Positions 26,524 to 34,713 of a DNA stretch of 47,901 nucleotides are shown here, piece by piece; positions within the stretch are counted from its first letter, which is position 1, and the number at the start of each line of letters is the position of its first letter. This DNA comes from an uncultured Lachnospiraceae bacterium. Lineage in GTDB: Bacteria > Bacillota > Clostridia > Oscillospirales > CAG-272. The stretch covers positions 1 through 47,901 of the forward strand of contig CAZERM010000004.1 in the NCBI GenBank assembly GCA_964514555.1, in the 5' to 3' direction. The translations under genes and the position numbers were made by a program. The notes under the pieces were generated by a model. It was not told the DNA's origin, ran no database searches, and saw only the letters and a list, made by a program, of their open reading frames with translations.

Positions 26524-27636
26524 ATGAAAAAGATCAAAAAAGAAAAAAAGGGTATATTTGCGTATGTGCCTCTTTGGGCTATGATACTTTTCGGCTTGGG
26601 TATCGTGGCTTTTGCCGTTGAGCTAATCTCAAAGCACAGCATATTGCTTGCCAACTTCATAACGAACACTTCGGGCAGATTCTTTCGCGCGCTTCTTTCG
26701 TATATGACATATATCTTCCCGTTTTCAGTGGCTGAGTTCCTTTTGTGGTCCTCGCCGCTCTTGCTCGGCATAATAATATTTCTTGTTGTCAAAGCATCTT
26801 CCTCTTGGAAAACGCTTTCTCGGTTCGTTTCGGGCTTTTTGGCGATTTGTGTTACGATATACAGCCTTTTCGTTTTCACGATGGGAACGGCTTACTACGG
26901 CACGGGATTCGTCTCTAAAATGGGTATAGAGCGCCGCAATATCTCCGCAGAGGAACTTTATCAAACGGCAAAATTGCTCGTCGACCATGCCGCGGAATTT
27001 ACGGACGAGGTCATGTATCCCGAAGGAACATATTCCTCCATGCCGTATACATTTAACGAGATGAGCAAAAAGGTAAACGAAGCCTACAAGAACCTTTGCG
27101 AAAAATACGACGGTGTGGACGATATCACAACGCGCGCAAAGCCCGTTATCCTCAGTCCGTTGTGGACATATACGCATATTTCGGGCGTTTATTCGTTTTT
27201 CACGGGCGAAGCAAACGTAAACACTAACTACCCCGATTTTGTCATGGCAAGTTCCATGGCACACGAGATGGCGCATCAGCGCGGCATCGTTACCGAGGAC
27301 GAAGCGAATTTTGTCGCATTTTTGGTCTGCACGGGAAGCAACGATCCGTTCTTGCAATATGCAGGATATATGGAGATGTGCAATACATTTCTTTCAAGCC
27401 TCGCTTCCGCATCGAGCGAGCTTTACCTCAAACTTTGGTTGGAGATGCCCGAGGAGATAAGAAACGAATTTATTTCTTACAGCGCATTTTTCGACAAATA
27501 TCGCGAAAATGTTGCTGCCGATGTTTCCGACAAGGTGAACAACACATATATCGAAAATCATAATCAGCCGGCAGGCGTAAAGAGCTATGGCTTGGTCGTT
27601 GACCTTGTCGTTTCTTATATGCTCTACGGCGAATGA
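26524..27636 (+). CDS. DUF3810-family membrane protein (putative zinc metallopeptidase)
   Basis: Several N-terminal TM helices. HEMAHQRG (HExxH) followed by EDEANFVAF. ATG at 26524 lies 8 nt after a GGAG RBS; the track start at 26515 is a GTG. Confidence 0.75.
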   Translation: MKKIKKEKKGIFAYVPLWAMILFGLGIVAFAVELISKHSILLANFITNTSGRFFRALLSYMTYIFPFSVAEFLLWSSPLLLGIIIFLVVKASSSWKTLSRFVSGFLAICVTIYSLFVFTMGTAYYGTGFVSKMGIERRNISAEELYQTAKLLVDHAAEFTDEVMYPEGTYSSMPYTFNEMSKKVNEAYKNLCEKYDGVDDITTRAKPVILSPLWTYTHISGVYSFFTGEANVNTNYPDFVMASSMAHEMAHQRGIVTEDEANFVAFLVCTGSNDPFLQYAGYMEMCNTFLSSLASASSELYLKLWLEMPEEIRNEFISYSAFFDKYRENVAADVSDKVNNTYIENHNQPAGVKSYGLVVDLVVSYMLYGE

Positions 27637-27643
27637 GGTGCTT

Positions 27644-28249
27644 ATGACTAAAAAGATCATAGGAGCGATATTGTCGGTTTGCTTTTTTATGATCGTTTGT
27701 ATCGTGCCGTCGAGCGCACAGGGCGAGCGCGGATTTCGCGTTGCCGTCGTCATAGATTCAAGCGATATAAAAGGCTTTTCGCAAGAGAGCGGCACGCTCA
27801 GAGAATTTTTGAAGATATTGAAAAAGCACGAGGACGCAAGCGTTACTTTTTATTACGAAGCCGCAGATACGGCGCTTGACGGCGACCTTGCCGCCTCCTT
27901 GATGTATTTCAAGGTAAATGGTTTTCGCGTTGGTATATACGGCGCAGATGACCTCGCCGTGGCAAATTTCAATGATATTATAAAATATATGACGAAAAGC
28001 AAAACGCGGCTCGTCATTTGCGAGGATTCGCGTGCGAAGATACTTTCCGAATACGGCTACAGCGTTATGGAAAAGGCGGATATAACTTTATCTGCGGAGC
28101 AAAAGGACAGCATCTACGCGAACAAAGACACGGACACTACCGTCAAATTGGTGCTTTGCGAAGACACTCTGTACGATATAGAGCGCTTGGCGGAATATGC
28201 ATATAAAAATTATATCTATGTTTACGGCACCGATGAGGGCACGAGATGA
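27644..28249 (+). CDS. Hypothetical secreted or membrane-anchored protein
   Basis: ATG at Met20 of the track ORF with a GAGGTG RBS. N-terminal signal/anchor (IIGAILSVCFFMIVCIVPSSAQG). There is a loose resemblance to a NodB deacetylase fold, but the usual Asp/His motifs are absent (VAVVIDSSD, VTFYY, GFRVGIYG). Confidence 0.6.
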   Translation: MTKKIIGAILSVCFFMIVCIVPSSAQGERGFRVAVVIDSSDIKGFSQESGTLREFLKILKKHEDASVTFYYEAADTALDGDLAASLMYFKVNGFRVGIYGADDLAVANFNDIIKYMTKSKTRLVICEDSRAKILSEYGYSVMEKADITLSAEQKDSIYANKDTDTTVKLVLCEDTLYDIERLAEYAYKNYIYVYGTDEGTR

Positions 28250-28290
28250 CATCTCACTTATAAAAAATTTGTGAAAAGGAAAAAAGCTTT

Positions 28291-29025
28291 ATGGAAAATT
28301 TACAGGGGACAAAAAGGATCCTCGTTGTGGAGGACGAAAGAAGCATAGCGCAGGTCTTGACGATCAATCTCAAGATGGCAGGCTATGCCTGCGATGTCGC
28401 AAGCGACGGCGAGGAGGGTTTGCGCTTGGCGCTGACGGGGGATTATGACCTTATCCTGCTCGATATAATGCTCCCAAAAAGAGACGGTTTTTCTATCTGC
28501 AAGGAAGTAAGAAAAACTCTCTCCACCCCTATAATCATGGTTACGGCAAAGGAGGAGGATCTTGACAAGATAATGGGTCTTGAGCTTGGCGCGGACGATT
28601 ACGTTACGAAGCCTTTCTCCGTAAAAGTGCTTTTGGCGCGTATCAAGGCGAACATCCGACGCTCCTCGGGAGAGCTTGGCGAGGTCATCGAAGCAAGACC
28701 CGTGGAAAACGCGGACAGCGAAGACATCATCCGTATACGTGAACTCAAGATAGACACAAAAAACTTTATCGTAACGAAAAACGACAAAGAGATAGAGCTT
28801 TCCAAAAAGGAATATGAGGTGCTCGTATATCTTGCGACGCACGTCGGCGAGATGCTTTCGCGCGAGGATCTGCTTACGAAGGTATGGGGTTATGACGGCT
28901 TTTTGGGCGACCTTCGCACGGTCGATGTTACCATGTCGCGTTTGCGCTCCAAGATAGAGGAGAACCCGAGCGAACCCGAATATATCTTTACAAAGAGAAC
29001 AAAGGGATATTACATACCCGCGTAA
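28291..29025 (+). CDS. walR: OmpR-family response regulator, WalR (YycF)-like
   Basis: Receiver domain (VVEDE, LLDIMLPKRDG, PIIMVTAK, LGADDYVTKPFS ... IKANIRR) closely resembles WalR as I remember it. Winged-helix C-terminus. Confidence 0.85.
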   Translation: MENLQGTKRILVVEDERSIAQVLTINLKMAGYACDVASDGEEGLRLALTGDYDLILLDIMLPKRDGFSICKEVRKTLSTPIIMVTAKEEDLDKIMGLELGADDYVTKPFSVKVLLARIKANIRRSSGELGEVIEARPVENADSEDIIRIRELKIDTKNFIVTKNDKEIELSKKEYEVLVYLATHVGEMLSREDLLTKVWGYDGFLGDLRTVDVTMSRLRSKIEENPSEPEYIFTKRTKGYYIPA

Positions 29026-29040
29026 AAAAGAGGCTTTGAT

Positions 29041-30843
29041 ATGTACAAAAACCTGCATTTTAAGATAGTTGTTATCTTCGTTGTTTTTACGATAGTAATA
29101 ATGACCGCGGTCGGCGCGATGATGTTGCAAAGCACGGTCGATTTTTATGCGGATGAGTTCGATATGCAGATGTCGGGCGCATTCGGCGACGACAGCGAGC
29201 TTTTGCTGGAGCTTATACGTGCATTCGACAGCGAAGATTATTATGAAAAGCAAAACGAGATATTGAAAGCTTACTCAAGCTCACTCGGTATAGATGCACA
29301 CAGAAACTATTACGTTCTCAACGAGAACGGCGCGTTCCTTGCCGGTTCAGACGCGCACATAGGCGAAAAGCTCGAGATAACGCCTAATATAGTTTCCGCG
29401 ATGAACGGCGAAGTGGGATGCGAAAGCAGGCTCTTTGCGGACTACATAGACTACGCCGTAAAGATATCCTACGGCGGCAAAACGAGCATGATCTACGTAA
29501 AAGATACGCAGGAGGAAGTGCGCTCGTTCACGATGATGATATTCCAGATGACCGTGCAGAGTATGCTCTTCGGTCTTTTGGTTGCTGTCGTGCTCTCATT
29601 CTTCCTTGCGCGCGCAATAACGGAGCCGATAAGAAAGCTTACCATCGGCGCACAGCGCATAGCGGACGGCGAATTTGAGCAGAGTATCGACGTAAGCGGC
29701 AACGATGAGATAGGCGCTCTTTCTGAAACTTTTTCGAACATGAAAGACGTGCTTAAAAACACACTTGACGAGATAAGCGGCGAAAGACAAAAATTCGAAA
29801 CGCTTTTCTTGTATCTTAAAGATTCCGTCATTGTTTTCAGCAGATCGGGAAAGCTCATGCACATAAACAAGATGGCGAAAAAGCTTTTCGATTTCAACTC
29901 GCCCGATGCGGACGAAAAGATGAAACATTTCACGTTTTCTTCGATGATAAATCTTTTGCAGATAGATTACCGTGATGTTTCGATAAAATATAAAGAAAAC
30001 AAAAATTACGTCGTGAACGATGTCATATATCGCGACAAAGCGCTCGATGTAACATTTGCGGATTTCAAATATTCCGAAAACGGCGAAACGATGCGCGGCA
30101 TAATGTGCCTTTTGCACGATGTTACGGGCAGATATGAGCTTGATAAATCGCGCAGAGAGTTCGTTGCCGATGTTTCTCACGAGCTTCGCACACCGCTTAC
30201 GGGCATCAAAGGTGCTGTTGAAACGGTGCTCGAGAACCCGACGCTCGATGACGAGATAAAAAATAATTTCCTCGAGATGGCGATAGAGGAATGTGATAGA
30301 ATGACGCGAATAGTCGGCGATCTTTTGGTGCTTTCGCGCCTTGACAACAAGCGCACCTCTTGGAAAGTGGAAACTTTCGAGCTTGCACGCTTTATCGAGC
30401 ATATTTACGATGTTATGAGTGCAGATGCGAGAGCGAGAGGACACAACTTTACAAAAGAATGTGAAAACGGCATACCGGATATAACAGCTGACAGAGAAAA
30501 GCTTCAGCAAGTTGTGATAAATATAGTTTCCAATGCCGTTAAATATACGCCCGAGGGTGGTAATATAGAAATAAAAGCGGCGGCTGAAAAAGATTTTGCC
30601 GTCATCACCGTTACGGACAACGGTGTCGGTATACCGAAAGAGGATCTGCCGAGGATATTCGAGCGCTTCTATCGCGTTGAAAAATCCAGAGCTTCCGATG
30701 CTGGCGGCACGGGACTCGGACTTGCCATCGCAAAAGAGATATTGGATGCTCACGGCGGCAATATCGAGATGGAGAGCGACGTCGGCAAGGGCACGAAGGT
30801 TACTATAAAGATACCCTACGATTGCAAACTTGAATTGCCTTAA
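29041..30843 (+). CDS. walK: Sensor histidine kinase, WalK (YycG)-like architecture
   Basis: 600 aa: two TM helices flanking an extracytoplasmic domain of about 150 aa, then HAMP, PAS, the H-box FVADVSHELRTPLT, and the N/G1/G2 boxes (NAVKYT, DNGVGI, GGTGLGLAI). Confidence 0.85.
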   Translation: MYKNLHFKIVVIFVVFTIVIMTAVGAMMLQSTVDFYADEFDMQMSGAFGDDSELLLELIRAFDSEDYYEKQNEILKAYSSSLGIDAHRNYYVLNENGAFLAGSDAHIGEKLEITPNIVSAMNGEVGCESRLFADYIDYAVKISYGGKTSMIYVKDTQEEVRSFTMMIFQMTVQSMLFGLLVAVVLSFFLARAITEPIRKLTIGAQRIADGEFEQSIDVSGNDEIGALSETFSNMKDVLKNTLDEISGERQKFETLFLYLKDSVIVFSRSGKLMHINKMAKKLFDFNSPDADEKMKHFTFSSMINLLQIDYRDVSIKYKENKNYVVNDVIYRDKALDVTFADFKYSENGETMRGIMCLLHDVTGRYELDKSRREFVADVSHELRTPLTGIKGAVETVLENPTLDDEIKNNFLEMAIEECDRMTRIVGDLLVLSRLDNKRTSWKVETFELARFIEHIYDVMSADARARGHNFTKECENGIPDITADREKLQQVVINIVSNAVKYTPEGGNIEIKAAAEKDFAVITVTDNGVGIPKEDLPRIFERFYRVEKSRASDAGGTGLGLAIAKEILDAHGGNIEMESDVGKGTKVTIKIPYDCKLELP

Positions 30844-30872
30844 AACAAAAACGAAAGAGGGGAGATAAGGCT

Positions 30873-32285
30873 TTGAAAAAGAAAATAATTTCGTATGCAA
30901 GCACTTTTTTGATATTTTGCTTGCTGGTAAGCCTTGTTTGTCTTACCTTTGTTTATATGTTTTCGTTCAAGACGAATAACGAACTTAAATTTAATGCGGA
31001 CGATATGATAGCGCTTGAGCAGAATTTTGCCGCGGCAGGATATATCGACAGCGTAAGCAAGGAAAACATAATGCCCTCGTTCGTCGGAGTTTCGCTTGCC
31101 GACGGCGCTTCACGCTCGGGTGCATACGGCGGAGAGATTGCGGATAATATGTACAGGGATTGCTTCACCGTGGCAAGAGAATTTCTCGCTTACGGTACGA
31201 TGCAGCCCATCTCCGAGGAGAGCGCAAGAAACCTTGTCCGCATGGCGAAGAACAACGGATTTTTATATATAAAATATTCTGCGGCATATCCGAAATCGAT
31301 CATAGTGAGCCTGACGGACAAAAATATGTTCTTGCAGAGCCTTTCCGATGAATTTATAAAAGAGATATTTGTTTTTTATAACGATTATATCGGAGAAGTT
31401 TGCACTTTGGCGCTCTCGCATGGCGAAGAACACTATCTTTACACGGGTACTTTCGGATATCGTGAAAATTTTAACAAAAATATAGCAAGTGAATATAATA
31501 ATGTTGAAGGAACCTTCGATTTCACTTTTGCTTCCGAGGAGGCAGACGATATATTCGTTTCCAAGGAGAGATTTGAAGATCTCATTTTTTCGGACACGAT
31601 CATCCCGAAAGGAAGCGTAACGCTTCCGAAGGTCGGATTTGGCGAGCTTGGCGCAAAGTTTTTCGATGCGAGAGTATACGACAAGGTGCTTTCCGTGTTT
31701 ACGCTCAACCCCGAAAAAGTTTCTGTTTTTACAGAGAATGACGGCACCGTCATCTATTACGAGGAGGGACAGAGCGTAAGGATAAGCGCTGATAGAAAGA
31801 TAAAATATTCCGCCATCGGCAACGGCATAGACATAGGATCTGTCATCGGATATTATGTGGAAAATTACGAATATTCTTTGCAGGATAAGATAGGCGCAAC
31901 GATTTTGATGGCGCAGGGTATAACAAAACTTGCCGGCATTTCGGAAAAAGCTTCCGTCAAGCTTTCGGGCATAGCATATGACGAGCAGGGCAACCTTACT
32001 ATAACGTACTTTTTTGCTTACGACGGCATAGATATCTCGCACGGCGAAAGAGTGTTCTCCTTTACGATATCCGGCAATAGGATAAAAGAAGCTTCATGTG
32101 CGCTCTTTGATATATACGATATCGATGAGAGCGATACATTGCCGTCTGCGCTCTTGCAGATATGCGCCTATGTTTACGGTGCAAAAGAAAAAAGCGATAT
32201 CATGCCGTGCTACTCATACAAAAACGAGGGAAGCGTTGCGGCGCAATATCACGCCTGCGTAAAAAGCAAGGAGGCTTTAAGATGA
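30873..32285 (+). CDS. Membrane-anchored extracytoplasmic protein, YycH-like by position and architecture
   Basis: TTG start about 10 nt after a GAGGGGAG RBS. A single N-terminal TM helix and about 440 aa outside. It lies immediately downstream of the WalK-like kinase. Confidence 0.55.
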   Translation: MKKKIISYASTFLIFCLLVSLVCLTFVYMFSFKTNNELKFNADDMIALEQNFAAAGYIDSVSKENIMPSFVGVSLADGASRSGAYGGEIADNMYRDCFTVAREFLAYGTMQPISEESARNLVRMAKNNGFLYIKYSAAYPKSIIVSLTDKNMFLQSLSDEFIKEIFVFYNDYIGEVCTLALSHGEEHYLYTGTFGYRENFNKNIASEYNNVEGTFDFTFASEEADDIFVSKERFEDLIFSDTIIPKGSVTLPKVGFGELGAKFFDARVYDKVLSVFTLNPEKVSVFTENDGTVIYYEEGQSVRISADRKIKYSAIGNGIDIGSVIGYYVENYEYSLQDKIGATILMAQGITKLAGISEKASVKLSGIAYDEQGNLTITYFFAYDGIDISHGERVFSFTISGNRIKEASCALFDIYDIDESDTLPSALLQICAYVYGAKEKSDIMPCYSYKNEGSVAAQYHACVKSKEALR

Positions 32286-33190
32286 ACGTAAAAAAGCTAA
32301 AGCTTGCGCTTATCTTGCTGTTGGTCGTGGCAAATGCCTTCTTTGCGGTGCTGATAGGCGTAAATTTCAGAAGTAAAAATTATTATGACGCGGAAACGAT
32401 AAAAAACGCTTACCGTGCCATTGAAAACGGCAATATAAACGTGGCTTTCGGCATACTCGAAAGCAGACAGCAGAGCTTTTCCGTTTATATGAGCGAAAAA
32501 GAGATATCCTCCTGCGACGATATCCTTTCGCTTTACGGCGAGCGCGCTTCCTCCGACACCGCCGAGGACACGACGATAATATCCGACGGCGGAGTATTTC
32601 AATTCGGTCGCGGCGGCTCTTTCTTTTATAAATCCACGAATGATTACACGGAGCCGATGACGAACGCGGTATATTCCGATGTTTCCTCCGAAAGAAAAAC
32701 TTTTTCGAACATGAAAAAGATCGTGCGAGAATTTTTAAAATTGAAAGAACTTTCAAAATGCGCTTCCAACAAAAAAAGTAAAGTTGATGTCGATGTGATA
32801 TTGGAAAGCGTTTTTTATGAGGCGAGCACGGAAACGTATACTGTAACGGCATACCAAACTTTCAGCGGCGAAAAGATATCCGACAGCGGAATGATGCTCA
32901 TCATCCATGACGGAAACGTAACGCGTGCTTCGGGCACATTCTCTTTTGTCTATCCCACAAAAAAGATATTTGCGGAGTGCATAGATGCGCTCAATATACT
33001 CTTTTTGGAGAAAGACCATTTCAAAGATGAAAAGCATAACGGCATCATCCTTTCGGATATAACGTATTTTTACAGCGTTTACGACAGTGCGGACGGAAAA
33101 AGATATTTTATACCCATGTGCCGTGTGTATTACAACAAGCAGGAATTGAGCGGAGTATACAATCTTGTTTCGCATAAAAGAGAAAGTTAA
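32282..33190 (+). CDS. Membrane-anchored extracytoplasmic protein, YycI-like by position and architecture
   Basis: The start at Met41 of the track ORF overlaps the previous stop codon (ATGA). N-terminal anchor KLKLALILLLVVANAFFAVL. 302 aa. Confidence 0.55.
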   Translation: MNVKKLKLALILLLVVANAFFAVLIGVNFRSKNYYDAETIKNAYRAIENGNINVAFGILESRQQSFSVYMSEKEISSCDDILSLYGERASSDTAEDTTIISDGGVFQFGRGGSFFYKSTNDYTEPMTNAVYSDVSSERKTFSNMKKIVREFLKLKELSKCASNKKSKVDVDVILESVFYEASTETYTVTAYQTFSGEKISDSGMMLIIHDGNVTRASGTFSFVYPTKKIFAECIDALNILFLEKDHFKDEKHNGIILSDITYFYSVYDSADGKRYFIPMCRVYYNKQELSGVYNLVSHKRES

Positions 33191-33356
33191 AAATTTCATA
33201 AGGAATTTGTTGTGTTAATCTTAATTTTATGATAGAATAAAACAGACGATGCTTTGAAAAAAATCAGACGTAGCTCAAAACAGACATTTATATTTGTATG
33301 ATAAGACCTGAGGCTTGCTTTTTTGCAGGCAGGGACTATTTTTGAAAGGTATACAT

Positions 33357-34622
33357 ATGGAAAAGGTGATAATCGACGGCAGAGTAGCGCTTGAAGGAAA
33401 AATAGCGGTCAGCGGAATGAAAAACGCGGCTGTCGCCGTTCTGTTTGCGACGCTCCTTGTAGGTGATGTTTGCGTTATAGAAAATCTGCCCGATATAAGC
33501 GATGTAAAGATATCGATCGATATTATAGAGAGCCTTGGCGCAAGAGTGATAAGGCTCGGCGGAAACCGTGTTTCGATAGATTGTCGCGATGTGCGCGACG
33601 AGATGCCGCCAAGGGAACTTGCCAAAAAGATGCGCGCTTCGTATTATCTTTTGGGTGCGTATTTGGGTAGGTTCGGTCATGCTGCGATAGCGTACCCTGG
33701 CGGTTGCGATTTCGGCGTTCGCCCGATAGATCAGCATATAAAAGCTTTTGAAGCCCTCGGAGCCGAGGTCGATCTTTCCTGCGCGGAAAAGATAGAGGCA
33801 ACGGCAAAAGACGGAAAGCTTTGCGGTACGGGAATATTTTTTGACTGTGTAACGGTCGGAGGTACGATAAACGCGATAATCGCCGCTGTTCTGGCAAACG
33901 GCACAACAGAGATAGAAAATGCGGCAAGAGAGCCGCATATAGTCGATCTTGTAAACTTTTTGAATCTTTGCGGCGCTTCCATCACGGGAGCAGGCACGGA
34001 CACGATAAAGATAAGAGGCGTGGAGAGTTTACACGGTTGCACTCATTTTCTCGTTCCCGATATGATAGAGGCAGGCACTTTTATGATAGCGGCGGCGGCA
34101 ACGAAGGGTATGCTCTATATCGAAAATGTCATCCCCAAGCATTTGGAAGCGATAAGCGCAAAGCTTACGGAGATGGGCGCTTATGTGGAAGAATTTGACG
34201 ATGCCGTTATGGTATCCAGAAGCGGCGAGCTTTGCAAGACGAACATCCGCACGAAGCCTTACCCCGGTTTTCCGACGGATATGCACCCTCAGATGGCTAC
34301 GCTCATGTGCATGGCGGAGGGAGAGAGCACTTTTGTTGACACGATATGGGATAATCGCTTCCGCTACGTGGAAGAATTAAAGCGCATGGGTGCAAACATA
34401 ACGGTTGACGATAACAAGGCGATAATACAGGGAAGCACGAATTTTGTCGGCGCCAGAGTCCGCGCGGTCGATCTGCGTGCAGGTGCGGCTATGATAATCG
34501 CAGGCCTTGCCGCAAAGGGCAGGACGGAGATAGAAGATTTCTTCTATGTTGACCGAGGATATGACAATATAGTTGAAAAGCTTCGCGCCGTAGGTGCAAA
34601 AATAAGTAAAGTAACAGAATAA
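33357..34622 (+). CDS. murA: UDP-N-acetylglucosamine 1-carboxyvinyltransferase
   Basis: MEKVIIDG..LEGKIAVSGMKNAAV N-terminus and the active-site loop PGGCDFGVRPIDQH. 421 aa counted from Met15 of the track ORF. Confidence 0.93.
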   Translation: MEKVIIDGRVALEGKIAVSGMKNAAVAVLFATLLVGDVCVIENLPDISDVKISIDIIESLGARVIRLGGNRVSIDCRDVRDEMPPRELAKKMRASYYLLGAYLGRFGHAAIAYPGGCDFGVRPIDQHIKAFEALGAEVDLSCAEKIEATAKDGKLCGTGIFFDCVTVGGTINAIIAAVLANGTTEIENAAREPHIVDLVNFLNLCGASITGAGTDTIKIRGVESLHGCTHFLVPDMIEAGTFMIAAAATKGMLYIENVIPKHLEAISAKLTEMGAYVEEFDDAVMVSRSGELCKTNIRTKPYPGFPTDMHPQMATLMCMAEGESTFVDTIWDNRFRYVEELKRMGANITVDDNKAIIQGSTNFVGARVRAVDLRAGAAMIIAGLAAKGRTEIEDFFYVDRGYDNIVEKLRAVGAKISKVTE

Positions 34623-34628
34623 ATATAG

Positions 34629-34660
34629 AGGGATTTTTAAAAATCCCTTTATTTTATTTT
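34629..34660 (+). terminator. Intrinsic terminator after murA
   Basis: AGGGATTTTTAAAAATCCCT palindrome followed by TTATTTTATTTTT. Confidence 0.6.
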
Positions 34661-34713
34661 TAATATATGATACAATAAAAGTATAAACGAAAATTTTATT
34701 ATAGGAGAAACTC

